Source of the DNA: Lenisia limosa
Taxonomy: Eukaryota; Protista; Breviatea
Assembly (NCBI GenBank): GCA_001655205.1
Contig: LPNZ01009056.1
Coordinates: 1 to 60,373 of the forward strand
Length of the DNA: 60,373 nucleotides
Direction of reading: 5' to 3'
Shown: one piece after another, positions 1-13,079 of the stretch
Position numbering within the stretch: position 1 is the first letter of the stretch
Layout: every line of letters starts with the position of its first letter
The notes under the pieces: generated by a model
Database searches by the model: none
What the model was told of the DNA's origin: nothing
Seen by the model: only the letters and a program-made list of their open reading frames with translations
Made by a program: the position numbers and the translations under genes

Positions 1-247
1 CACGCCACCCCCTTCAGGTATGTGGTCTGATGAGTATGTTTTAGGGCTCCGTGCAATTAATTGAAATTAATTGACAAAATTAGAAATTAAAGTGTCTGGA
101 ATAGGGTTTTCGTTATAGTATTTCCGACTTCATCTTTTGACATTAATTTTCAATGTATTTTTATTGTGTGCTGCCATGTTTATGATATTAGCTTTCCTTT
201 GTTATTGACCAACTTCCAGAAATGGTTTCATTGGCATCCCTCTTTTA

Positions 248-3200
248 CCCACTCCGTAGACTCGAAACCCGAAAGAGCCGCCACTCCCACTGACGACAGT
301 TCAGCCGCTGTCCAAATGGAGGTTGAGGCCCCTACAGGTGAAACTTCTGAGGTGGGAAGAGTGGCAATGTTCACAATAAGTAAGGTTTTCTATCACAACG
401 ATCAAAAACGCCTTGTTCACTCATCTGTTGAATCAGTGGCATCATAAAGAGCTTTTTCACTGATAGCGATCTACATTCCTGTCCTCTTCCTTACTTACAT
501 TTCAGGGTGACTCCCCTACCAATCAAGTGTAATGTTTTGTTGTTCTTTTCTTGTGTAATTCTTTTCTTGTTGTAGCTCTGAGATGAATATTAGTTATATA
601 TCTTTCAATTTAACTCTGGGAATCAGTTATTACTTTTATGGAATGATGCATCCGAGAAGGAAATGAAGTCATAAAGTCCCATGAACTGGTCAGGTGGTCA
701 GTGAGGACGTAAGAAAATGATGTATGATGTCAAATAGTATTATAGTTCAACTGTTCAATTCAAATCAAACTCAAATCTGTTTCAGCTCCGAGGAGGATAT
801 ATCAAGGAGATAGCAAGGAGAGTCTTGCTTCCTTGGATATCTCAAAATGTTCGTGGATGGTGAACCAAAAGGGAAGAGTTTTCCTGAAGTCATGACGTCA
901 CCTCTCTTTACCTGATCCACCTCCTCGTCACACACTGGTCGCCTGGGAAAGTCACAGTCAGTCAATAAACCTCATTAAATCATTAATTTACCCCAACTCA
1001 ACATTGCTCCCCATTGGCTCTTCATTGGATCCATACTACTTCAACTCTAAGAGAGGAATAGTTGAGACACAGAAATTTGGCAATGATCACCAATACCATC
1101 CTGCTGTTATGGTGAGGGGAGGGGGGGGGTGAAGGACGAGCCTTCTTTGGCTAAGAGTTATGCTAAGCTGAAGAAGAGGGTACTACGTATCCTTGCAAAC
1201 GGAGGTACCCTCTTGTTACAACGTCATGATTGATTACTCCCGTATTGGTCCGTTATGTTTGGTTGTTCCACGTCAATTTTTTTATTTTATCATATTGCTG
1301 GAATACCGCTTCATTGTCTGTCCCGACGGTTATTGTTTCCCTTTCATTCTGACCCATATTCATTCAGCAGTATTCTGTGCTTCTCCAAGGCTCTAAACCT
1401 CAGCACTGGTAATTCAGTGGACATTGGTGAGAACGTTGTCTTTCAAGGTTAGTCAAGTGGTGTAGTAATATGCGTATATGTGTAGTACATATCTTGCTAA
1501 CCAGTTTCAAATCAGTCTTATATTCTACCCCATTGTGTGGGTGGTGTTAATAAGTCACACATAAAACAAAACAGTCGAACAAAACAGAAAACATAAAAGC
1601 ATATAGTATCTGGACCAACTATGCTCGTATCACCACTGTTGATCAATTTTATATATAGCTACTCTGAATAGATTAGAAACCGAGATTTCTTTGAACATTC
1701 TCTTACCCAAAAAAACTGGTCTAAGTATCAGTGGTGCTGTAAGTTTCACCACCTAGGAAAGGATCTTGCCTCCACTCTCGACAGTTTATCTAAATCATGC
1801 CTTCCAATTGAGGTATTTTGGGTCAAGAATCACGACAACACGGAATATAAGGGAGTAGTTAGTCCTCTCTACTTTTTTTTTTTTTTTAATGGACGAGATT
1901 CATNNNNNNNNNNNNNNNNNNNNNNNNNNNNNNNNNNNNNNNNNNNNNNNNNNNNNNNNTTTTGTTGAAGAGATTAACAAAAAATGCTTCACCGCACATA
2001 ATGATGTCTTGTTCATTGAGACTTCTTGTGTTTCTCTTTCTCTTTCGCTACCTCCCCTCTTCAGATTCTATCCTGGTCAACAACACTGAGTACAGTAAAA
2101 CTGGACCTTACTAACCTGCATTACCTCGACAATCCCGAAGCTGTTGTTTTTAAGGTTGGTCACTTATTAGAGCGTCACTTCTTAAGCTTCTGGACAACAC
2201 CTCTGTCTTAACATCTAAGCAAGGTGTCATTTGTTATCATTTCAGATCCGGCGCATCACGCGGGCTCAATGGGATTCGCACACATTCACAGCAGGAGAAA
2301 TTAATGCAAATGTGACGGACATTTCTTTCTCATCAGCAGGATTTGATGTCAATATCAATGTATGCTTTATGCTAGCGAATCAAATAGTATAGAGTCAAAA
2401 TCATTTTTTTTTCAACTCTAATATGACAGTTTTTGATATGTTTCTTGAATTTTTTTTGTGTTTTAGTATTGCTAAAGAGTTTTTTCTCAAACGTAGTTTT
2501 TTTTCATTTTGTAAATCCTGTTGTTAATTCAAAATAATCGAAGTATCGTTCATATCATCTTTTAAAAAAACATTCTTCTCTTTTGAATAACATATGTAAT
2601 TACCAGCCAGACCGTTTTATTTCTCTTGTAATTTTTTATATTGAGATAAATCTTAGTTTATTCCGCACCCCTAATATGACAAGCTTGAACTGACTCTTAG
2701 ACTTGTATCGGACGTGTCTGCTGTGGGTCGTATGTTTACAGCATGAAGGACAATTACCTGTACACCCCAAGCGATAGTGCCTATGCGTATACCTCCCTTG
2801 ATTTCAAATCGGATAGCACTTTTGAGGTGAGCTGTTTGTCCAAAGAATGTGAAATAGAGTTACTTTAACACTCATTATGGTGAAAATAACTGGGTATCCC
2901 CTTTCTCATTCTGATCAAGTCATTTAGTATAGTATAAGATATATAATATATTATTATCGCTTTTTTTTTTNNNNNNNNNNNNNNNNNNNNNNNNNNNNNN
3001 NNNNNNNNNNNNNNNNNNNNNNNNNNNNNNNNNNNNNNTGGTCTTGGTGTGACCGGCCAGCTTTACGCAATGATGATCAAATTTGTTGGATTTGGGAAAT
3101 GTCTTAAAATGTCACATCATGCGCGTATATTTGATTTTTGTTTGTTTTTTTCAATAATAGTATGATATATATTTGACGGCCACCCTAATTCACTGTATTG

Positions 3201-5100
3201 GCTTTTATCGGACTGTAATGATGTAGCTTTCATCAACTCAAGTGGAGTACTATGTCTCTGATTCACCAAAATCCTGCGCTATATCCTCTTTGATTAGTGA
3301 GAGTGTAGTTTATTTTCGTGTGAGAAAATTCAACGCCAACTTGTATTAATTCCATTTGATGTTCATGTTGAATATGTTTTACTAAATGATGTATAAATAT
3401 AACTAGGGCGTCCCTGTAGTCCAAAAAAGACCGTTTAAATATCGATATTCATCGAGGATATTTCGAGATTTTCGGTCTTTTTTGGGACCGTAGGAACCCC
3501 TAAAGAGAACACAACGACATCGGCGTTGGACGTGTTACTATTCTGTTTTTACTTTCAGCGTTTACTGCTGGAGACCCCTACCACATGGCGATAACAATGG
3601 GAACTGAACCCGTGTTTTACATCAATGGTGAATTGTGGTAACTATGTATATCAATGAAATGGTATAAGAGCAGTACATATAGTATGTTTACAGCTATGTG
3701 TAAAAAAACTGAAGGATTGTCCTCATCTGCACTTTCAATATCATTATTAGTGAAAATATCTTCAAAATAGTCGTGTATTTTGGCATTTATTATATGTTCC
3801 AAACAAAGAACCAGTTTAACCACCAAGGTATTGAAGTATGCAGAGTTGGTACCGTAGCTGCAATTGCGGATCAGGCCGGTCAGGTACGAAGGTTCAACAT
3901 TTGGAATTGCATAAACTTCTATTATTTGTATTCTTTTTATGAGAATAAATAAAACCCTGATATTCAAATAAAACACTCATTTTGATATGTATCAGGAATA
4001 TGTGAAGTAATAATCGGGTTTGAACGTGTTATCTCCCTGAACTATTTTTTTTTGGGTGCATTAACAAAACCCTGTTTATGACATTTAAGCGACTCTTCCT
4101 TGGTGCCTATGGTCAGAACTCTGTGAACAAACAAGTAGGTTAAGTAATTCACAGTAGTTAATGATACTTAGTATCACCTCTGATATTCTTCTACTTCTCT
4201 ACTCTCTGTTCTCTTCTACTCATAATATTAAACTCAATTGGTTCGACAGGATTTTGTACCATGAACCGATTTCTGTAATTATGAACCCTGTTTCAGGCAA
4301 AGGAGTGTTCCTATTTTTCTTGCGTTGTCTTCTGCTCCATTTCCCCTCACGCCTTAGAATAACACGCCATGGGAATCCAAGACAGGCCTCAAATATAAAT
4401 ATGTAGGATATTCGTGTAACGTGAATTCTGGATATATATCTGCATTATTTGAAGGATTAGTCAGCCATTCCGATCCCTTGAATCGATCAACCCCCCCCCC
4501 CTCCACAACAGTATTTCTCATCTCCTCCCCACATCAGCACTCCGTATTAATTTGGAGTTGTGACATGCTTTAAATTGCTTCTTTGTGAGGCATGGTGCTC
4601 TTGTCCTAACAGCACAGGTCCGAGTGTATGATCGCATCTTAAGTCAGGCAGAAATCCAAGCTAGTTACAGTGCTGGAGAAGTTTCTAATCCAGTAAGTGG
4701 GTGAAATAAAAATAATCAGATACAATTTTTTTCTTTAATAATGAGATATTATTTCTTTTCTAAAATTGGTGTGGCTAATCACTGATGATGGAATATCCAT
4801 GGACTTGAACTGACGACTCTTTAGGAAGCTTCCAAAGAGATTCTATTTTTTAATGGTGATGACACGGGCATCACACATGTTGGCACCACGATGAAGGAAG
4901 ACTAGGTGTTTTGTATTTATTGAAATATTTCGTCCATTCGATCCCCATCTAGTTGACTACGAATAGATATATATCACAATAAATACACAGTTGAATCCTT
5001 TAATGCTCACTCGCTAAGAATACCTACATCATCAGAAGCAATAACATCGCTGTTTCTTGGAAATGTTCAAGACGGCAAGATAGAGATAATCAGCACGTAG
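248..5100 (+). CDS. Multi-exon gene (possibly two genes) with a laminin G / concanavalin A-like (LamG_3) domain; may be partly degenerate
   Basis: Manually translated GT-AG exons: 3559-3627 FTAGDPYHMAITMGTEPVFYING, 4090-4134 RLFLGAYGQNSVNKQ and 4618-4680 VRVYDRILSQAEIQASYSAGE. These match the LamG pattern H-x-A-x-T..YING..LFIG..VRxYxRxLSxxEI in order. Further exons lie at about 1135-1180, 1361-1448, 2066-2155, 2245-2360 and 2710-2826. Two N-gaps interrupt the model. Confidence 0.6.
3404..3502. mobile_element. ~100 bp hAT-like MITE, copy 1 (intronic)
   Basis: Imperfect terminal inverted repeats TAGGGCGTCC..AAAAAAGACCG / CGGTC..GGAACCCCTA. Flanking 8-mers aatataac / aagagaac match at 6/8. Homologous to 45641-45740 and 54000-54098. 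Confidence 0.7.
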
Positions 5101-5207
5101 AAGAGAAATTGAGGTTTTGTTGTAAGTGAAAGAAATCTGGAAAAAAAAAACTCTATTTCAAAATCAAGAGATGGTTGGGTTGTTGTTAGCCCTCTTACCA
5201 GTCCTAC

Positions 5208-7822
5208 CTATATCACAGAAGCCATGACCGTTGCCCATGACACAAGAGCATTAGGCAAATGCTGGGCTGAGGCAATGAGCCTGGTGGAGGACGGTGGGTT
5301 GTTTACTGATACGGCTAAATGATGGCCCAACGTCGAGACAACAAGAACGTCTTCTCTAATGGTGGTGAAAGAGGGGGAGATTGAAAGAGTTTTAACAAAG
5401 TCAGACCACATTTTCTTACCCATGGGGAGTAGTAGTGACGAACACATTCGGGCAACCGGGTCGAATAGCGCCATCAACTCCTGTGTATTTCGTAAAACAA
5501 ATTACATGAAACTCTTTTGAACGTTTCAACAATCCTTTTCAAGTCACAGCATATAATCCCTATCTTAAAGTCAATTGTTTTTTTGCTTTTTTTTTTTTAA
5601 CATAAAGCACAACGTGAGATTTGGAAGTTTTATCGAACTGGTCCCCTCAAACCGGCAACGACATTGGGGACCTGTGCTAAAATGGTCAAAATGGTCAAAT
5701 AATAATGTTTGTATAACTAAATTGTGACGTTTACTAACAAAATGGGATCTATCCTGCATACCATCAATAAATTGGGAATTACTTCCTCCGATAAACAATC
5801 GAAACACTCCGTCAGGATTAGGCGCAAGTTCCACCTGCGAGATAAATACACATAAGCGCCAATAGCTACGTAAGACTTCCAGATTGCATATGTAAATAAA
5901 ATGCCACCTAAAAACCTACAGGTTGCGGCAAAGATGAGATGGCTATTTTTGGTTTTTCTTTCTTCCACCATCGTCTGGGAGGGTAAAAAGCCTCAAAAAA
6001 ACAGCAAAATAAAAATCAATATCCTTGAAGATTCAAAAAGATATCACAAAGACCGATCAAGATGTGCATCTATTTTTTTTCAGTTATATATGTGATATTA
6101 ATATCATCCTCAACCGTTTGCTTCTGTTTGAAGGGCGGCTGGAGGATGGGGAGTCTAAAATGTGATGAAAACGTGTTGATGACAGATTACCTCAAAATAA
6201 TTTTTATAAAAAGTCAAAAGCAAAGATTAAACTAACCGTGCTGGTTTATTTGTATTCTGATAAAATAATAATCATATGTGCTACACACTAGACCTATTAA
6301 CGACATTACAAATCAAAAACAGGCAGAATCACCTCCATACCTGGGGGTGTAGGCGGGCGAATACTGATCGTGATCCAAAGAATCTCGCAATCTCCAGTCT
6401 ATAAAGTAACTATCATTTGAACTAGGGAAGAGATAACATCCACATCTGAACAATCCTCATTTATAGTGAAACAACCTATACCCTCCTACAACAACTCCAC
6501 AAAGGCCTTCCATGGATGCGGCAAGTGCTAAGTCATTAATTTTTAAAAAGCCATACCTAACAATGCCTCAAAAATAGAGAGGCTACGGAAATGGTATTTT
6601 TACTTGATTATATAGTATACTATATGATATGATATGTACATATGTATTATACATTTAACAACAAAAATGAAAAACAAACCACTGAGAATACACGATCGCA
6701 GTCCGTTCTTTCGCCATGCCTACATACAATTAGAAATTGCTCATTCTCACAGAGTGGTAACACTTTATCTTGAATACTGTGAGTTCAATAGTGTTGTTTA
6801 AAAAAGATATTCCCTGGTTGTTCTGGACCATAATACATGTTAAAAACATACCACTGATTGGGTTGCAGTGAAACCTTGAAACCTCTCAGGAGGTGGCAAA
6901 TTGTGGGTCTTCAAAAAGTTAACAAACCTAAGGTACACGTTACTTGACACTGCTTCCACATTAAAGAAAATTATCCAAATGGGTTGTTAGTCAAATACAA
7001 CAAAACACCACTTCATTTTTAGTTTGTCACAATGTCAAGAATTTACAAAACATTTAAAGTGAGGGTCAATAGTTCATGTTTTACCTACTCATTGTAAAAT
7101 GCTTCAGCTGTGTATTTAATGGATGAGGCTCCTGCAATGCCAGGAAGAGAGGAGAAAACTGAAGAGTCAGACATGATAAGAAATAGCATCAATACCCCCA
7201 GCAAATATATTAACCAGCCTTAGAAATCAACAATCCAACATATACTCCAATTATCCCTCAAACTTGCCACTGCGAGATCTTCAGAATGGATGGATATTGC
7301 CCCGTCAGGATGCTCCAATAGGCTCAGTGGGACTGCCTGCAGATATACATATATTAATGTATTCATGGCAATAAAGGCTTTTTTTACAAACCCCAACATC
7401 TGATATTTTAGTGATAAAGGTGAAACTTGTTCAAAGGTAGAAGTGAAGATATTTACTGTGTACTACGGTACGCTTTTAAAGTACCTTGTCCAATACCTCA
7501 CCTCTTCACCCGCTTCCATTGCGTTGAACCCAATAACTGTCAACATTGACACAACATCTTGGATACTTCGTTTCTCTGAGTAGGGTTAATTCATGGAAAA
7601 GAATAGCATCAATTGAATAAAACCAAAGACAAAACTACTAATTTCGTCACATTTCTTCAGCAACAGCCTCAGACCATTTAATTTCGAGAATGATGCCCCT
7701 GATGTCCACTCCTTTGAAACAAGGCAAGTGCCAATCATGGGATGGAATATCGCAAAGCCATCCATTGTGTTGTGATCAAGGAATGATCACTCAAGCCCGG
7801 ATTGCGTCATCTGGGTGGGGTA
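5208..7822 (-). CDS. Multi-exon hypothetical protein (weak von Willebrand D-like hint)
   Basis: Spliceable minus-strand exons include GVDGAIRPGCPNVFVTTTPHG joined to EDVLVVSTLGHHLAVS, plus VELAPNPDGVFRLFIGG, AVPLSLLEHPDGAISIH and RSIQDVVSMLTVIGFNAMEAGEEV. SMEGLCG near 6500 resembles the VWD xGLCG motif. No complete model. Confidence 0.4.
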
Positions 7823-8239
7823 CGGGTAAATGTACATACTTTTACATATATTTCAATAAATGTAATATTTTGATGATAAAAGAGGATTAGAAAGAGTTGA
7901 AAGTGTCTAAGAACAGAAGTTAGGAGTAATATTTCGATGTACAACTCCGTTTACTCACATTTCTCAATATATCATTTCTAAATAAAAATAATTAAGCGTA
8001 GTAAAAGCGATTCATAGTGTTAGAAAGCCAAAGCAAACAACTTCTTGTTTAAGTGATTACTTTTGATTGCGAACAAAACCGTTATTCATTGTTTTCTCTT
8101 TTCTACTTTTCATCTCACCTTACCTCCCTTTTCAAATAAAATATACCATAAAGCCATAGTAAAGCTGAAAAGCTGTCAATGACTTAATTTGACGGACTAC
8201 CCGATTCAGTCAAGGGTTTTCCCCCTGTCTAGTTGTCCA

Positions 8240-11200
8240 ATGGATCAAAAGAGTGATATTGAGATTCTACCCTATCGACAAAGAGCGCATTCAGCTGTCA
8301 GTGAGGAGAGGGATGAAAGAATACGAGCTCTTCCACGGCAGATCCACCTCAACAGCTCAAGCAGCGTGTCTCTGCCCAGGTGATCTTTTGGGGATTGAAT
8401 CTGGTGATTCTCGGTAATCAAAGGAAGAAACAGGTTTTCTGTCCTTATTTTACTTGTTCTATGAGAACCAACTTGTGTCCTTTTTAATGAATACTTCCCC
8501 CAATAGCTTTCGCTTCTCCTATTTACTCCATTATGTCTCTTCCCGATGTCATTTGCCTGGGGCTAGCTAACAGAGTTGTTTTTGGCTTTTTTTTTTGTTT
8601 CATAAATTCCCTGTTTTACCCCCCCCCCCCCNNNNNNNNNNNNNNNNNNNNNNNNNNNNNNNNNNNNNNNNNNNNNNNNNNNNNNNNNNNNNNNNNNNNN
8701 NNNNNNNNNNNNNNNNNNNNNNNNNNGTCCGCTCCAGAATACCAAAAATGACAACGACTCAGGATCGCTATTCAGGTGAATGAATGCAGGGATGACTGGG
8801 ATTTCGTTTTTTAAGGCTAATAGTACGTCATTCCATTGGTTTGTGTGAAATCCTCCAGGCCAATTTTAGAATAGTAATGAATTAAGATAAGCAAATCAAT
8901 CAGAGGTAGAAAGAAAGTAATACTTTTAACCCTCAATGGTTTTAGGATAAAGGCGTTTCTTTTAACCGTCAATGGTTTAAGGATATAAAGGCGTTTCTTT
9001 TTGGTAAATTCTAACATTAAGAGCTATCAATGTTTTTTTCACCGTTTAGCACCCCCATATATAGCGAAGCAAAAGATGACCACACCACTGTGTTCAGTCC
9101 CCTTGTACTGGGTATGTTGGAAATGCAATGGGAGATAACAAGAAAATACATTAAACAAGATTTAGGGGCGTCAAGAATCAATATCATTCGTGTAGAAGGC
9201 AACAGTAGTTCAGAGCCTATACCACCGCTGACAATGCCCAACCCTGTTGTTCCACAAACAATGTTCTACAGCATGGCAGACCCAACCCAAATGCCTTTCC
9301 ATCGCCACCCCCACGTTTGTGGTTTATTAATATGACATGTTACTATTGTGCATATGGTGATCACTATTTATTCTCTTATTACCAAAAGACTGTAAATACA
9401 CACTTATCAATAGTTAAACTAAGAACGGAACCGTGAAAAGGAAAACTGAAGAATTTGGATTAGATCAGATGATGCAGACATATCATATAATACCTACACT
9501 AAATATATACTAGATATGAGATATATGATATATTGAGTTAACTGTATAGTTTGAGGCAGAGATGAAAAATGATTTTTTTACGAGTTTAAAACACCTTCTG
9601 GGAAGACCCTGTTGAATTTCTACGTTTACATTTCTGAACTTTCAACAGTTGTTTTAATATCATTTGATTTAACTCATACCAAATCGTATTTGGGCTTCCA
9701 TACCATGATATGAAAAATAATATATGATCTATATACATAGTATATCTATATATACAGTCGCGGACAAAATACAGTAGTCCTGTTTTTACCCAAAATTGTG
9801 TTTAAAAATTGTGATAAATGGGATATAACTCGTCGAAACACCAGAATTTCACCTCAAACCAGCATATATTTCGAAAGTAGACATCTTTTCGGATTTGGAT
9901 TTTTTGGTGGTAAATCCGTATTTTCAGCGAAAATATTAAAATAAAACATCAAACTCGAACCTACGACATTCATATTTGATATTTTCTAATTTCTCAATCC
10001 TGCTTCGTTCATTGATGAAATAGTCCCCTCACGACTGGGAAATGGACCGGTAGTTACATTTTGATGCTAAAACACGTTACTTGAAATGCCTTGAGGTCAG
10101 AAATCCTTCCAAGTCAGTACTTAGTGGGGTAACTATCGTTGTCAATGACGGCCTGGAGACGGCGGGGCATAGAGCTGATGAGGGTCTGCATCATGTCAAG
10201 GTCGAGGATGTTCCATGCTTCTTGAAGACTACTGAATAGTGCTTCTTCGCTACGGAAGCGTTCTGGATTGAGCCTACGGACTTCATGATCCCATAAATGC
10301 TCGATGGGGTTAATCAGGGCTTTGAGATGGCCATTGGACACGGTTGACCTTGTTGCGACGGAAGTATTCTTGAGCGACACGTGACGTATGCTTGGGGTCG
10401 TTGTCCTTTTGCCAGAGTGCCAAAATTCCGAAGGCTTGTCGATGTACTTGCGCGCGAAGGCAAGGCGAGCCACACGGTTCTTCTTGGAAATGTGGTACTT
10501 CACGCAGGCAACGCGACAGAAGAGGCCAAGTTCGGCAAGGCGTCGGATAATAGTTCGACTGCATACGTTCACACTTGAAGAATGCGACAACTCAGATGCA
10601 AGTTCGCATGCAGTTATTTTAGACTCTCTGGATAATATAGCGATCAGTGACAGCAGCAGTAGCGCGCTTGCGTGCCCTCGTTTCATCGCCCTGGGCTTCA
10701 TCACGGGCTCTCTTGAGAACGTTGCCAATGGTTTTGCAGATGAATACCCCTTCCAACCGCTTTATTGGACTAATTTGAGCGATGTCTGGGTTCATTTGAG
10801 AAGCTCTGGACTAAAAAATGTATTAGACATGAACAAGACTACAATTAAGACAAGTAAATGAGTGTGCTTACGATCAGAACACTGGTATGCTGCTGACTCT
10901 CAGGCAGCGGGAGGCCCTACTTAAATACCCAAGCTTGAGCCCGGTTAAAAATACGGATTTCCAACCAACATGAGAACATATGTCTTGGACAATCTCTACA
11001 AAGAGACCGTTTAGTGTTTTGAAGTATGTACAGCGTTCTTCGTTCCATTTCGGAAGGTTTGTTACAGCAGTTTGTCTTGAAAAGAATAATAGACGGGGAG
11101 TTCGACTCCTGGTGTTGACGTTTTATTTTTATCTTTTCGCTGACAATAAGAATTTACAACCCAAAAAAAAACAATAATTCCTAATCCGAAAAGACGTCTA

Positions 11201-13061
11201 CTTTCGAAATACGTGTGTATACTGGTTTGAGGTGAAATTCTGGTGTTTCGACGAGTTATATCCCATTTATCACAATTTTTAACAATATATGTATATGTAT
11301 GCACAGTGTATATCCCTTGAATTATTTCCCCCTTTTTCACCCTTTTTTCAACAGTCTTGTTTTATTCCTCTAACTCCCCGCTTTACCGCTCACCCCTTCC
11401 TCCCTGTTTCATCAATTTTCCTATTTCTCCCCACATTTTCCAATTTTACCCTCCAGGTGATAATTCCGGTATCATCGCCACCGCTGATGCCGTCAATGCC
11501 CTCCCCCACGTCTCTCGGGTCGGCGTTGGCGTCGGAAGTGGCGTCTGCGGCGCTACGGCCAATTCCAAGGTTTGCTTTGATGGGAGAAGAGTGATAGAAG
11601 CGTTGAAAAGTTCAGTTTTTATTTGGAATGAGCGCATCTTTTTTCTTTTTGGTGGAGTAAATAAGGAACATTTATAAAGCATAAAAAAACACAGATTATT
11701 CCCATAATTCCTGATTTAGCTGTTGGTTTATTCTATCCTGAGCAAATTGATGGAATTATGCACACTACCGATCTTACCCTCCAGTCCACCCCCGGGAGGT
11801 GCTACTGTCCCCCTGTTCTGTCCTGCCAACTATAACATCCAAGGGCCATGGCACCCCCAGTACCCAATCCCCCCAGTACATAGGGGCTTATTTGCTCATA
11901 ATCTGAGGTTTTACTCTTTTCAAGTTCTTGATTTGGTCAACTTCTGGTTTACCCCTTATTCAGTGCAAATGTGGGGGTTCACACATGCAAAAAACCTTCT
12001 GACAATTATGAAGAAATCGTTATCCATCCTTACTGGATGTCATATACCAAACTGACTGTGTAGTACCCTCCAATGGGGCCCATATCCTACCATCCTAGCC
12101 AGTCCTCACACAGTTCACCAGTTTACCCAACGTGAGTGATTGATTGAGGTCTCTCTTGGTATAATTCTCTATTGTTTTTTTGTCGAAAAATGTGGATGCC
12201 AAACTATGTTTTCCTTCTTAGTATGACGGTCCAGATATGATGCCCCGAGACCCAATCGAAGGAGACAACAGAACAATGACAAAGAGAGCTACTTCCTGAT
12301 GCGTATCAAGGGCTTGGGCATGTCCGATCCTGTGGACGAGGCTATTGCGACTTTAGTGCAGTGCGGCATGATGGCCGATGCGGCTCTTCGGTTTGTGGTG
12401 TTAGCAGCTGCCTTGGGTTGATTATCTAGAGCTGAAGATGAGATTGTTGATATTGTATTGGGCTACACCAGTCTTTTTGGAGCTATATTCAGTTTTGGTT
12501 ACTGAATTTTCTGTGTATAATTTTCTATTATGGATAGGTAGCATGCTTCTGAACCCGTATCACTCATCCAGGTTTATGAGGCCCAATCGTGTGTACAAGT
12601 TCAACTACAGCCATCCTTGGATCAACGCGTTTGCCAAAAGCTGTGTTGCGCTCAACTACCCTCCGCAGAGAAACTTATCTAGTCTGCTCTTCATGTTCTG
12701 ACGATTTCTTCTGTCCCAAAAACAAGTTCTTTTTTTTTTTCTTTAAAAAACGACTTTTTTCTTCTTTGTTGCAATGAACTGTACCCGAGGGCCTTACTTT
12801 TATCCTCACAAAAGAATATTCATCTCTTGTTCGACAATGTACGACCAAACTTAATATCTATTAGGCCTGCTTTGTACAGTTCCCCCTGACCTCGTCCTCT
12901 CGGCCACCCCTGTACCATACTTCAAGGCTGCAGCCCCCCATGCTCACCTTGCAGTATGCTTCTCCTTGTAAATTGGACCACCTAACATACTCTATGAAAT
13001 GATAATCGAATGATCCTCTGGAACTTGCTAGAATTGTTTGTACTGTGATCTAATAAAATAA
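8240..13061 (+). CDS. Pro/Ser-rich protein with a UBA-like domain; Tc1 element nested in an intron
   Basis: Exon 1 (8240-8379) reads MDQKSDIEILPYRQRAHSAVSEE. A phase-consistent chain follows: ..9314, 11457-11569, 11785-, ~12064-12130, ~12235-12390 (YFLMRIKGLGMSDPVDEAIATLVQCGMMADAALR, UBA-like), ~12541, ~12611 and 12881-. Some exons are hidden in gap 8632-8726, and the last exon is tentative. Confidence 0.7.
8921..8998. repeat. Imperfect tandem duplication of ~37 bp
   Basis: ttttaaccctcaatggttttaggataaaggcgtttc is followed by ttttaaccgtcaatggtttaaggatataaaggcgtttc. Confidence 0.85.
9755..11283 (-). mobile_element. Degenerate Tc1/mariner DNA transposon with long terminal inverted repeats
   Basis: One end begins TA|CAGTCGCGGACAAAA at 9755. 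Segment ~9802-9960 is the inverted repeat of ~11100-11283 (e.g. aaaaattgtgataaatgggatataactcgtcgaaacaccagaatttcacctcaaaccag). The outer ~50 bp of the TIR is missing at the 11283 end. Encloses a transposase remnant. Confidence 0.92.
10114..10795 (-). pseudogene. Tc1-family DDE transposase pseudogene (frameshifts, internal deletion)
   Basis: Fragments in different frames: MNPD..TIGNVLKR..KRATAAVTDRYII (HTH); SRTIIRRLAELGL..NRVARLAFARKY..EFW; WQKDNDPKHTS..WPSQSPD; NPIEHLW..LISSMPRRLQAVI..YPTKY*. The region that normally carries the first catalytic Asp is absent. Confidence 0.92.
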
Positions 13062-13079
13062 TTTAAATGTTGTCCTGAT

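Noticed and set aside
10388-10861. 157-aa plus-strand ORF
   Set aside because: Antisense shadow of the GC-richer Tc1 transposase.
11095-11112. tRNA T-loop / B-box-like GTTCGACTCC
   Set aside because: No cloverleaf or A-box is present; the site is part of the degenerate Tc1 inverted repeat matching ~9955-9962.
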